This document shows, one piece after another, positions 11,691 through 26,399 of a stretch of DNA of 64,000 nucleotides. The notes under the pieces were generated by a model that did no database searches, was not told the DNA's origin, and was given only the letters and a program-made list of their open reading frames with translations. The position numbers and the translations under genes were made by a program. Positions within the stretch are counted from its first letter, which is position 1; every line of letters starts with the position of its first letter. Source of the DNA: Eledone cirrhosa (lineage: Eukaryota); the NCBI GenBank assembly GCA_964016885.1, contig OZ024743.1, positions 98,890,001 through 98,954,000 on the forward strand. The letters are read 5' to 3'.

Positions 11691-14600
11691 CAACTACCTC
11701 CTGCTCTACAATCTCTCCTGTTTACAACATACATCAACTACCTTCTGCTCTACAATCTCTCCTGTTTAAAGCATACATCAACTACCTTCTGCTCTACAAT
11801 CTCTCCTGTTTACAGCATACATCAACTCCCTTCTGCTCTACAATCTCTCCTGTTTACAGCATACATCAACTCCCTTCTGCTCTACAATCTCTTCTCTTTA
11901 CAGCATACATCAACTACCTTCTGCTCTACAATCTTTCCTATTTACAGCATACATCAACTACCTTCTGCTCTACAATCTCTCCTGTTTACATCATACATCA
12001 ACTACCTTCTGCTCTACAATCTCTCCTGTTTACAGCATACACCAACTATCTTCTGTTCTACAATCTCTCCTGTTTACAGCATACATCAACTACATTCTGC
12101 TCTACAATCTCTCCTGTTTACAGCATACACCAACTATCTTCTGCTCTACAATCTCCCCTGTTTACAGCATACATCAACTTCCTTCTGCTCTACAATCTCT
12201 CCGGTTTACAACATACACCAACTATCTTCTGCTCTACAACCTCTCCTGTTTACAACATACGTCAACTACCTTCTGGTCTACAATCTTTCCTGTTTACAGC
12301 ATACATCAACTACCTTCTGCTCTACAATCTCTCCGGTTTACAACATACACCAACTATCTCCTGTTTACAACATACATCAACTACCTTCTGCTCTACAATC
12401 TTTCCTGTTTACAGCATACATCAACTACCTGCTGCTCTACAATCCCCCCTCTTTACAGCATACATCAACTACCTTCTGCTCTACAATCTCTGCTGTTTAC
12501 AGCATACATCAACTACCTTCTGCTCTACAATCTCCCCTGTTTACAGCATACATCAACTACCTTCTGCTCTACAATCTCTCCTGTTTACAGCATACATCAA
12601 CTACCTTCTGCTCTACAATCTCTCCTCTTTACAGCATACATCAACTACCTACTGCTCTACAATCTCTCCTGTTTACAGCATACATCAACTATCTTCTGCT
12701 CTACAATCTCTCCTCTTTACAGCATACATCAACTACCTACTGCTCTACAATCTCTCCTGTTTACAGCATACATCAACTATCTCCTGCTCTACAATCCCTC
12801 CTGTTTACAGCATACATCATACATCAACTACCTTCTGCTCTACAATCTCTCCTCTTTACAGCATACATCAACTACCTTCTGCTCTACAATCTCTCCTGTT
12901 TACAGCATACATCAACTACCTTCTGCTCTACAATCTCTCCTCTTTACAGCATACATCAACTACCTACTGCTCTACAATCTCTACTGTTTACAGCATACAT
13001 CAACTATCTTCTGCTCTACAATCTCTCCTCTTTACAGCATATATCAACTACCTACTGCTCTACAATCTCTCCTGTTTACAGCATACATCAACTATCTTCT
13101 GCTCTACAATCTCTCCTGTTTACAGCATACATCAACTACCTTCTGCTCTACAATCTCGCCTCTTTACAGCATAGATCAACTACCTTCTGCTCTACAATCT
13201 CTCCTCTTTACAGCATACATCAACTACCTACTGCTCTACAATCCCTCCTGTTTACAGCATACATCAACTATCTTCTGCTCTACAATCTCTCCTCTTTACA
13301 GCATACATCAACTACCTACTGCTCTACAATCTCTCCTGTTTACAGCATACATCAACTATCATCTGCTCTACAATCTCTCCTGTTTACAGCATACATCAAC
13401 TACCTACTGCTCTACAATCTCTCCTGTTTACAGCATACATCAACTATCTTCTGCTCTACAATCTCTCCTGTTTACAGCATACATCAACTACCTTCTGCTC
13501 TACAATCTCTCCTCTTTACAGCATACATCAACTACCTTCTGCTCTACAATCTCTCCTCTTTACAGCATACATCAACTACCTACTGCTCTACAATCTCTCC
13601 TCTTTACAGCATACATCAACTATCTTCTGCTCTACAATCTCTCCTCTTTACAGCATACATCAACTACCTCCTGCTCTACAATCTCTCCTGTTTACAACAT
13701 ACATCAACTACCTTCTGCTCTACAATCTCTCCTGTTTACAGCATACATCAACTACCTTCTGTTCTACAATCTCTCCTCTTTACAGCATACATCAACTACC
13801 TTCTGCTCTAGAACCTCTCCTGTTTACAGCATACATCAACTACCTTCTGTTCTACAATCTCTCCTGTTTACAACATACATCAACTACCTTCTGCTCTACA
13901 ATCTCTCCTGTTTACAACATACATCAACTATCTTCTGCTCTACAATCTCTCCTGTTTACAACATACATCAACTACCTTCTGCTCTACAATCTCTCCTGTT
14001 TACAACATACATCAACTACCTTCTGCTCTACAATCTCTCCTGTTTACAACATACATCAACTACCTTCTGCTCTACAATCTCTCTCGTTTACAACATACAT
14101 CAACTATCTTCTGCTCTACAATCTCTCCTGTTTACAACATACATCAACTACCTTCTGCTCTACAATCTCTCCTCTTTACAGCATACATCAACTACCTTCT
14201 GCTCTACAATCTCTCCTCTTTACAGCATACATCAACTACCTACTGCTCTACAATCTCTCCTCTTTACAGCATACATCAACTATCTTCTGCTCTACAATCT
14301 CTCCTCTTTACAACATACATCAACTACCTCCTGCTCTACAATCTCTCCTGTTTACAACATACATCAACTATCTTCTGCTCTACAATCTTTCCTGTTTACA
14401 GCATACATCAACTACCTTCTGCTCTACAATCTCTCCTCTTTACAACATACATCAACTACCTGCTGCTCTACAATCCCCCCTCTTTACAGCATACATCAAC
14501 TACCTTCTGCTCTACAATCTCTCCTGTTTACGGCATACATCAACTACCTTCTGCTCTACAATCTCTCCTCTTTACAACATACATCAACTACCTGCTGCTC

Positions 14601-17600
14601 TACAATCCCCCCTCTTTACATCATACATCATCTACCTTCTGCTCTACAATCTCTCCTGTTTACAGCATACATCAACTAACTTCTGCTCTACAATCTCTCC
14701 TCTTTACAGCATACATCAACTACCTACTGCTCTACAATCTCTCCTGTTTACAGCATACATCAACTATCTTCTGCTCTACAATCTCTCCTCTTTACAGCAT
14801 ACATCAACTACCTACTGCTCTACAATCTCTCCTGTTTACAGCATACATCAACTACCTCCTGCTCTACAATCTCTCCTCTTTACAACATACATCAACTACC
14901 TTCTGCTCTACAATCTCTCCTGTTTACAGCATACATCAACTACCTTCTGCTCTACAATCTCTCCTGTTTACAGCATACATCAACTCCCTTCTGCTCTACA
15001 ATCTCTCCTGTTTACAGCATACATCAACTCCCTTCTGCTCTACAATCTCTCCTCTTTACAGCATACATCAACTACCTTCTGCTCTACAATCTTTCCTATT
15101 TACAGCATACATCAACTACCTTCTGCTCTACAATCTCTCCTGTTTACATCATACATCAACTACCTTCTGCTCTACAATCTCTCCTGTTTACAGCATACAC
15201 CAACTATCTTCTGTTCTACAATCTCTCCTGTTTACAACATACATCAACTACCTCCTGCTCTACAATCTCTCCTGTTTACAACATACATCAACTATGTTCT
15301 GCTCTACAATCTTTCCTGTTTACAGCATACATCAACTACCTTCTGCTCTACAATCTCTCCTGTTTACAGCATACACCAACTATCTTCTGCTCTACAATCT
15401 CCCCTGTTTACAGCATACATCAACTTCCTTCTGCTCTACAATCTCTCCGGTTTACAACATACACCAACTATCTTCTGCTCTACAACCTCTCCTGTTTACA
15501 ACATACATCAACTACCTTCTGCTCTAAATCTTTCCTGTTTACAGCATACATCAACTACCTTCTGCTCTACAATCTCTCTGGTTTACAACATACACCAACT
15601 ATCTCCTGTTTACAACATACATCAACTACCTTCTGCTCTACAATCTTTCCTGTTTACAGCATACATCAACTACCTGCTGCTCTACAATCCCCCCTCTTTA
15701 CAGCATACATCAACTACCTTCTGCTCTACAATCTCTGCTGTTTACAGCATACATCAACTACCTTCTGCTCTACAATCTCCCCTGTTTACAGCATACATCA
15801 ACTACCTTCTGCTCTACAATCTCACCTGTTTACAGCATGCATCAACTACCTACTGCTCTACAATCTCTCCTGTTTACAGCATACATCAACTATCTTCTGC
15901 TCTACAATCTCTCCTCTTTACAGCATACATCAACTACCTACTGCTCTACAATCTCTCCTGTTTACAGCATACATCAACTATCTTCTGCTCTACAATCTCT
16001 CCTGTTTACAGCATACATCAACTACCTTCTGCTCTACAATCTCTCCTCTTTACAGCATACATCAACTACCTTCTGCTCTACAATCTCTCCTGTTTACAGC
16101 ATACATCAACTACCTCCTGCTCTACAATCTCTCCTCTTTACAACATACATCAACTACCTTCTGCTCTACAATCTCTCCTGTTTACAGCATACATCAACTA
16201 CCTTCTGCTCTACAATCTCTCCTGTTTACAGCATACATCAACTCCCTTCTGCTCTACAATCTCTCCTGTTTACAGCATACATCAACTCCCTTCTGCTCTA
16301 CAATCTCTCTTCTTTACAGCATACATCAACTACCTTCTGCTCTACAATCTTTCCTATTTACAGCATACATCAACTACCTTCTGCTCTACAATCTCTCCTG
16401 TTTACATCATACATCAACTACCTTCTGCTCTACAATCTCTCCTGTTTACAGCATACACCAACTATCTTCTGTTCTACAATCTCTCCTGTTTACAACATAC
16501 ATCAACTACCTCCTGCTCTACAATCTCTCCTGTTTACAACATACATCAACTATGTTCTGCTCTACAATCTTTCCTGTTTACAGCATACATCAACTACCTT
16601 CTGCTCTACAATCTCTCCTGTTTACAGCATACACCAACTATCTTCTGCTCTACAATCTCCCCTGTTTACAGCATACATCAACTTCCTTCTGCTCTACAAT
16701 CTCTCCGGTTTACAACATACACCAACTATCTTCTGCTCTACAACCTCTCCTGTTTACAACATACATCAACTACCTTCTGCTCTACAATCTTTCCTGTTTA
16801 CAGCATACATCAACTACCTTCTGCTCTACAATCTCTCTGGTTTACAACATACACCAACTATCTCCTGTTTACAACATACATCAACTACCTTCTGCTCTAC
16901 AATCTTTCCTGTTTACAGCATACATCAACTACCTGCTGCTCTACAATCCCCCCTCTTTACAGCATACATCAACTACCTTCTGCTCTACAATCTCTGCTGT
17001 TTACAGCATACATCAACTACCTTCTGCTCTACAATCTCCCCTGTTTACAGCATACATCAACTACCTTCTGCTCTACAATCTCTCCTCTTTACAGCATACA
17101 TCAACTACCTACTGCTCTACAATCTCTCCTGTTTACAGCATACATCAACTATCTTCTGCTCTACAATCTCTCCTGTTTACAGCATACATCAACTACCTTC
17201 TGCTCTACAATCTCTCCTCTTTACAGCATACATCAACTACCTACTGCTCTACAATCTCTCCTGTTTACAGCATACATCAACTATCTTCTGCTCTACAATC
17301 TCTCCTCTTTACAGCATACATCAACTACCTACTGCTCTACAATCTCTCCTGTTTACAGCATACATCAACAATCTTCTGCTCTACAATCTCTCCTGTTTAC
17401 AGCATACATCAACTACCTTCTGCTCTACAATCTCGCCTCTTTACAGCATACATCAACTACCTTCTGCTCTACAATCTCTCCTCTTTACAGCATACATCAA
17501 CTACCTACTGCTCTACAATCTCTCCTGTTTACAGCATACATCAACTATCTTCTGCTCTACAATCTCTCCTGTTTACTACATACATAAACTACCTTCTGCT

Positions 17601-20600
17601 GTACAATCTCTCCTCTTTACAGCATACATCAACTACCTTCTGCTCTACAATCTCTCCTCTTTACAGCATACATCAACTACCTTCTGCTCTACAATCTCTC
17701 CTGTTTACAGCATACATCAACTACCTTCTGCTCTACGATCTCTCCTCTTTACAACATACATCAACTACCTGCTGCTCTACAATCCCCCTTCTTTACAGCA
17801 TACATCAACTAACTTCTGCTCTACAATCTCTCCTGTTTACAGCATACATCAACTACCTTCTTCTCTACAATCTCTCCTCTTTACAACATACATCAACTAC
17901 CTGCTGCTCTACAATCCCCCCTCTTTACATCATACATCATCTACCTTCTGCTCTACAATCTCTCCTGTTTACAGCATACATCAACTACCTTCTTCTCTAC
18001 AATCTCTCCTCTTTACAACATACATCAACTACCTTCTGCTCTACAATCTCTCCTCTTTACATCATACATCATCTACCTTCTGCTCTACAATCTCTCCTGT
18101 TTACAGCATACATCAACTACCTTCTGCTCTACAATCTCTCCTGTTTACAGCATACATCAACTAACTTCTGCTCTACAATCTCTCCTCTTTACAGCATACA
18201 TCAACTACCTACTGCTCTACAATCTCTCCTGTTTACAGCATACATCAACTATCTTCTGCTCTACAATCTCTCCTCTTTACAGCATACATCAACTACCTAC
18301 TGCTCTACAATCTCTCCTGTTTACAGCATACATCAACTATCATCTGCTCTACAATCTCTCCTGTTTACAGCATACATCAACTACCTACTGCTCTACAATC
18401 TCTCCTGTTTACAGCATACATCAACTATCTTCTGCTCTACAATCTCTCCTGTTTACAGCATACATCAACTACCTTCTGCTCTACAATCTCTCCTCTTTAC
18501 AGCATACATCAACTACCTTCTGCTGTACAATCTCTCCTCTTTACAGCATACATCAACTACCTTCTTTTCTACAATCTCTCCTCTTTACAGCATATATCAA
18601 CTACCTTCTGCTCTACAACCTCTCCTGTTTACAGCATACATCAACTACCTTCTGTTCTACAATCTCTCCTGTTTACAGCATACATCAACTACCTTCTGTT
18701 CTACAATCTCTACTGTTTACAACATACATCAACTATCTTCTGTTCTACAATCTCTCCTGTTTACAACATACATCAACTACCTTCTGTTCTACAATCTCTA
18801 CTGTTTACAACATACATCAACTATCTTCTGTTCTACAATCTCTCCTCTTTACAGCATACATCAACTACCTTCTGCTCTACAATCTCTCCTGTTTACAGCA
18901 TACATAAACTACCTTCTGCTCTACAATCTCTCCTGTTTACAACATACATAAACTACCTTCTGCTGTACAATCTCTCCTCTTTACAGCATACATCAACTAC
19001 CTTCTGCTCTACAATCTCTCCTCTTTACAGCATACATCAACTACCTTCTGCTCTACAATCTCTCCTGTTTACAGCATACATCAACTACCTTCTGCTCTAC
19101 AATCTCTCCTCTTTACAACATACATCAACTACCTGCTGCTCTACAATCCCCCCTCTTTACAGCATACATCAACTACCTTCTGCTCTACAATCTCTCCTGT
19201 TTACGGCATACATCAACTACCTTCTGCTCTACAATCTCTCCTCTTTACAACATACATCAACTACCTGCTGCTCTACAATCCCCCCTCTTTACATCATACA
19301 TCATCTACCTTCTGCTCTACAATCTCTCCTGTTTACAGCATACATCAACTAACTTCTGCTCTACAATCTCTCCTCTTTACAGCATACATCAACTACCTAC
19401 TGCTCTACAATCTCTCCTGTTTACAGCATACATCAACTATCTTCTGCTCTACAATCTCTCCTCTTTACAGCATACATCAACTACCTACTGCTCTACAATC
19501 TCTCCTGTTTACAGCATACACCAACTATCTTCTGCTCTACAATCTCTCCTCTTTACAACATACATCAACTACCTTCTGCTCTACAATCTCTCCTGTTTAC
19601 AGCATACATCAACTACCTTCTGCTCTACAATCTCTCCTGTTTACAGCATACATCAACTCCCTTCTGCTCTACAATCTCTCCTGTTTACAGCATACATCAA
19701 CTCCCTTCTGCTCTACAATCTCTCTTCTTTACAGCATACATCAACTACCTTCTGCTCTACAATCTTTCCTATTTACAGCATACATCAACTACCTTCTGCT
19801 CTACAATCTCTCCTGTTTACATCATACATCAACTACCTTCTGCTCTACAATCTCTCCTGTTTACAGCATACACCAACTATCTTCTGTTCTACAATCTCTC
19901 CTGTTTACAACATACATCAACTACCTCCTGCTCTACAATCTCTCCTGTTTACAACATACATCAACTATGTTCTGCTCTACAATCTTTCCTGTTTACAGCA
20001 TACATCAACTACCTTCTGCTCTACAATCTCTCCTGTTTACAGCATACACCAACTATCTTCTGCTCTACAATCTCCCCTGTTTACAGCATACATCAACTTC
20101 CTTCTGCTCTACAATCTCTCCGGTTTACAACATACACCAACTATCTTCTGCTCTACAACCTCTCCTGTTTACAACATACATCAACTACCTTCTGCTCTAC
20201 AATCTTTCCTGTTTACAGCATACATCAACTACCTTCTGCTCTACAATCTCTCTGGTTTACAACATACACCAACTATCTCCTGTTTACAACATACATCAAC
20301 TACCTTCTGCTCTACAATCTTTCCTGTTTACAGCATACATCAACTACCTGCTGCTCTACAATCCCCCCTCTTTACAGCATACATAAACTACCTTCTGCTC
20401 TACAATCTCTGCTGTTTACAGCATACATCAACTACCTTCTGCTCTACAATCTCCCCTGTTTACAGCATACATCAACTACCTTCTGCTCTACAATCTCTCC
20501 TCTTTACAGCATACATCAACTACCTACTGCTCTACAATCTCTCCTGTTTACAGCATACATCAACTATCTCCTGCTCTACAATCTCTCCTGTTTACAGCAT

Positions 20601-23600
20601 ACATCAACTACCTTCTGCTCTACAATCTCTCCTCTTTACAGCATACATCAACTACCTTCTGCTCTACAATCTCTCCTGTTTACAGCATACATCAACTACC
20701 TTCTGCTCTACAATCTCTCCTCTTTACAGCATACATCAACTACCTACTGCTCTACAATCTCTCCTGTTTACAGCATACATCAACTATCTTCTGCTCTACA
20801 ATCTCTCCTCTTTACAGCATACATCAACTACCTACTGCTCTACAATCTCTCCTGTTTACAGCATACATCAACAATCTTCTGCTCTACAATCTCTCCTGTT
20901 TACAGCATACATCAACTACCTTCTGCTCTACAATCTCGCCTCTTTACAGCATACATCAACTACCTTCTGCTCTACAATCTCTCCTCTTTACAGCATACAT
21001 CAACTACCTACTGCTCTACAATCTCTCCTGTTTACAGCATACATCAACTATCTTCTGCTCTACAATCTCTCCTGTTTACAACATACATAAACTACCTTCT
21101 GCTGTACAATCTCTCCTCTTTACAGCATACATCAACTACCTTCTGCTCTACAATCTCTCCTCTTTACAGCATACATCAACTACCTTCTGCTCTACAATCT
21201 CTCCTGTTTACAGCATACATCAACTACCTTCTGCTCTACGATCTCTCCTCTTTACAACATACATCAACTACCTGCTGCTCTACAATCCCCCTTCTTTACA
21301 GCATACATCAACTAACTTCTGCTCTACAATCTCTCATGTTTACAGCATACATCAACTACCTTCTTCTCTACAATCTCTCCTCTTTACAACATACATCAAC
21401 TACCTGCTGCTCTACAATCCCCCCTCTTTACATCATACATCATCTACCTTCTGCTCTACAATCTCTCCTGTTTACAGCATACATCAACTACCTTCTTCTC
21501 TACAATCTCTCCTCTTTACAACATACATCAACTACCTTCTGCTCTACAATCTCTCCTCTTTACATCATACATCATCTACCTTCTGCTCTACAATCTCTCC
21601 TGTTTACAGCATACATCAACTACCTTCTGCTCTACAATCTCTCCTGTTTACAGCATACATCAACTAACTTCTGCTCTACAATCTCTCCTCTTTACAGCAT
21701 ACATCAACTACCTACTGCTCTACAATCTCTCCTGTTTACAGCATACATCAACTATCTTCTGCTCTACAATCTCTCCTCTTTACAGCATACATCAACTACC
21801 TACTGCTCTACAATCTCTCCTGTTTACAGCATACATCAACTACCTCCTGCTCTACAATCTCTCCTGTTTACAACATACATCAACTACCTTCTGCTCTACA
21901 ATCTCTCCTGTTTAAAGCATACATCAACTACCTTCTGCTCTACAATCTCTCCTGTTTACAGCATACATCAACTCCCTTCTGCTCTACAATCTCTCCTGTT
22001 TACAGCATACATCAACTCCCTTCTGCTCTACAATCTCTTCTCTTTACAGCATACATCAACTACCTTCTGCTCTACAATCTTTCCTATTTACAGCATACAT
22101 CAACTACCTTCTGCTCTACAATCTCTCCTGTTTACATCATACATCAACTACCTTCTGCTCTACAATCTCTCCTGTTTACAGCATACACCAACTATCTTCT
22201 GTTCTACAATCTCTCCTGTTTACAGCATACATCAACTACATTCTGCTCTACAATCTCTCCTGTTTACAGCATACACCAACTATCTTCTGCTCTACAATCT
22301 CCCCTGTTTACAGCATACATCAACTTCCTTCTGCTCTACAATCTCTCCGGTTTACAACATACACCAACTATCTTCTGCTCTACAACCTCTCCTGTTTACA
22401 ACATACGTCAACTACCTTCTGGTCTACAATCTTTCCTGTTTACAGCATACATCAACTACCTTCTGCTCTACAATCTCTCCGGTTTACAACATACACCAAC
22501 TATCTCCTGTTTACAACATACATCAACTACCTTCTGCTCTACAATCTTTCCTGTTTACAGCATACATCAACTACCTGCTGCTCTACAATCCCCCCTCTTT
22601 ACAGCATACATCAACTACCTTCTGCTCTACAATCTCTGCTGTTTACAGCATACATCAACTACCTTCTGCTCTACAATCTCCCCTGTTTACAGCATACATC
22701 AACTACCTTCTGCTCTACAATCTCTCCTGTTTACAGCATACATCAACTACCTTCTGCTCTACAATCTCTCCTCTTTACAGCATACATCAACTACCTACTG
22801 CTCTACAATCTCTCCTGTTTACAGCATACATCAACTATCTTCTGCTCTACAATCTCTCCTCTTTACAGCATACATCAACTACCTACTGCTCTACAATCTC
22901 TCCTGTTTACAGCATACATCAACTATCTCCTGCTCTACAATCCCTCCTGTTTACAGCATACATCATACATCAACTACCTTCTGCTCTACAATCTCTCCTC
23001 TTTACAGCATACATCAACTACCTTCTGCTCTACAATCTCTCCTGTTTACAGCATACATCAACTACCTTCTGCTCTACAATCTCTCCTCTTTACAGCATAC
23101 ATCAACTACCTACTGCTCTACAATCTCTACTGTTTACAGCATACATCAACTATCTTCTGCTCTACAATCTCTCCTCTTTACAGCATATATCAACTACCTA
23201 CTGCTCTACAATCTCTCCTGTTTACAGCATACATCAACTATCTTCTGCTCTACAATCTCTCCTGTTTACAGCATACATCAACTACCTTCTGCTCTACAAT
23301 CTCGCCTCTTTACAGCATAGATCAACTACCTTCTGCTCTACAATCTCTCCTCTTTACAGCATACATCAACTACCTACTGCTCTACAATCCCTCCTGTTTA
23401 CAGCATACATCAACTATCTTCTGCTCTACAATCTCTCCTCTTTACAGCATACATCAACTACCTACTGCTCTACAATCTCTCCTGTTTACAGCATACATCA
23501 ACTATCATCTGCTCTACAATCTCTCCTGTTTACAGCATACATCAACTACCTACTGCTCTACAATCTCTCCTGTTTACAGCATACATCAACTATCTTCTGC

Positions 23601-26261
23601 TCTACAATCTCTCCTGTTTACAGCATACATCAACTACCTTCTGCTCTACAATCTCTCCTCTTTACAGCATACATCAACTACCTTCTGCTCTACAATCTCT
23701 CCTCTTTACAGCATACATCAACTACCTACTGCTCTACAATCTCTCCTCTTTACAGCATACATCAACTATCTTCTGCTCTACAATCTCTCCTCTTTACAGC
23801 ATACATCAACTACCTCCTGCTCTACAATCTCTCCTGTTTACAACATACATCAACTACCTTCTGCTCTACAATCTCTCCTGTTTACAGCATACATCAACTA
23901 CCTTCTGTTCTACAATCTCTCCTCTTTACAGCATACATCAACTACCTTCTGCTCTAGAACCTCTCCTGTTTACAGCATACATCAACTACCTTCTGTTCTA
24001 CAATCTCTCCTGTTTACAACATACATCAACTACCTTCTGCTCTACAATCTCTCCTGTTTACAACATACATCAACTATCTTCTGCTCTACAATCTCTCCTG
24101 TTTACAACATACATCAACTACCTTCTGCTCTACAATCTCTCCTGTTTACAACATACATCAACTACCTTCTGCTCTACAATCTCTCCTGTTTACAACATAC
24201 ATCAACTACCTTCTGCTCTACAATCTCTCTCGTTTACAACATACATCAACTATCTTCTGCTCTACAATCTCTCCTGTTTACAACATACATCAACTACCTT
24301 CTGCTCTACAATCTCTCCTCTTTACAGCATACATCAACTACCTTCTGCTCTACAATCTCTCCTCTTTACAGCATACATCAACTACCTACTGCTCTACAAT
24401 CTCTCCTCTTTACAGCATACATCAACTATCTTCTGCTCTACAATCTCTCCTCTTTACAACATACATCAACTACCTCCTGCTCTACAATCTCTCCTGTTTA
24501 CAACATACATCAACTATCTTCTGCTCTACAATCTTTCCTGTTTACAGCATACATCAACTACCTTCTGCTCTACAATCTCTCCTCTTTACAACATACATCA
24601 ACTACCTGCTGCTCTACAATCCCCCCTCTTTACAGCATACATCAACTACCTTCTGCTCTACAATCTCTCCTGTTTACGGCATACATCAACTACCTTCTGC
24701 TCTACAATCTCTCCTCTTTACAACATACATCAACTACCTGCTGCTCTACAATCCCCCCTCTTTACATCATACATCATCTACCTTCTGCTCTACAATCTCT
24801 CCTGTTTACAGCATACATCAACTAACTTCTGCTCTACAATCTCTCCTCTTTACAGCATACATCAACTACCTACTGCTCTACAATCTCTCCTGTTTACAGC
24901 ATACATCAACTATCTTCTGCTCTACAATCTCTCCTCTTTACAGCATACATCAACTACCTACTGCTCTACAATCTCTCCTGTTTACAGCATACATCAACTA
25001 CCTCCTGCTCTACAATCTCTCCTCTTTACAACATACATCAACTACCTTCTGCTCTACAATCTCTCCTGTTTACAGCATACATCAACTACCTTCTGCTCTA
25101 CAATCTCTCCTGTTTACAGCATACATCAACTCCCTTCTGCTCTACAATCTCTCCTGTTTACAGCATACATCAACTCCCTTCTGCTCTACAATCTCTCCTC
25201 TTTACAGCATACATCAACTACCTTCTGCTCTACAATCTTTCCTATTTACAGCATACATCAACTACCTTCTGCTCTACAATCTCTCCTGTTTACATCATAC
25301 ATCAACTACCTTCTGCTCTACAATCTCTCCTGTTTACAGCATACACCAACTATCTTCTGTTCTACAATCTCTCCTGTTTACAACATACATCAACTACCTC
25401 CTGCTCTACAATCTCTCCTGTTTACAACATACATCAACTATGTTCTGCTCTACAATCTTTCCTGTTTACAGCATACATCAACTACCTTCTGCTCTACAAT
25501 CTCTCCTGTTTACAGCATACACCAACTATCTTCTGCTCTACAATCTCCCCTGTTTACAGCATACATCAACTTCCTTCTGCTCTACAATCTCTCCGGTTTA
25601 CAACATACACCAACTATCTTCTGCTCTACAACCTCTCCTGTTTACAACATACATCAACTACCTTCTGCTCTAAATCTTTCCTGTTTACAGCATACATCAA
25701 CTACCTTCTGCTCTACAATCTCTCTGGTTTACAACATACACCAACTATCTCCTGTTTACAACATACATCAACTACCTTCTGCTCTACAATCTTTCCTGTT
25801 TACAGCATACATCAACTACCTGCTGCTCTACAATCCCCCCTCTTTACAGCATACATCAACTACCTTCTGCTCTACAATCTCTGCTGTTTACAGCATACAT
25901 CAACTACCTTCTGCTCTACAATCTCCCCTGTTTACAGCATACATCAACTACCTTCTGCTCTACAATCTCACCTGTTTACAGCATGCATCAACTACCTACT
26001 GCTCTACAATCTCTCCTGTTTACAGCATACATCAACTATCTTCTGCTCTACAATCTCTCCTCTTTACAGCATACATCAACTACCTACTGCTCTACAATCT
26101 CTCCTGTTTACAGCATACATCAACTATCTTCTGCTCTACAATCTCTCCTGTTTACAGCATACATCAACTACCTTCTGCTCTACAATCTCTCCTCTTTACA
26201 GCATACATCAACTACCTTCTGCTCTACAATCTCTCCTGTTTACAGCATACATCAACTACCT
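5927..26261. repeat. Higher-order tandem duplication, period 10,146 bp (copy 1 ~5927-16072, copy 2 ~16073-26218)
   Basis: ORF starts pair at exactly +10146 (6406/16552, 9821/19967, 11190/21336, 15294/25440, 15837/25983), and the first four pairs have identical translations. Private markers are shared: 7-bp duplication 12811/22957, 1-bp deletion ~15525/25671, GCATGC 15835/25981. 10146 = 228x44 + 4x27 + 7 - 1. Confidence 0.95.
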
Positions 26262-26399
26262 TCTGCTCTACAATCTCTCCTCTTTACAGCATACATCAAC
26301 TACCTACTGCTCTACAATCTCTCCTGTTTACAGCATACATCAACTATCTTCTGCTCTACAATCTCTCCTGTTTACAGCATACATCAACTATCTTCTGCT

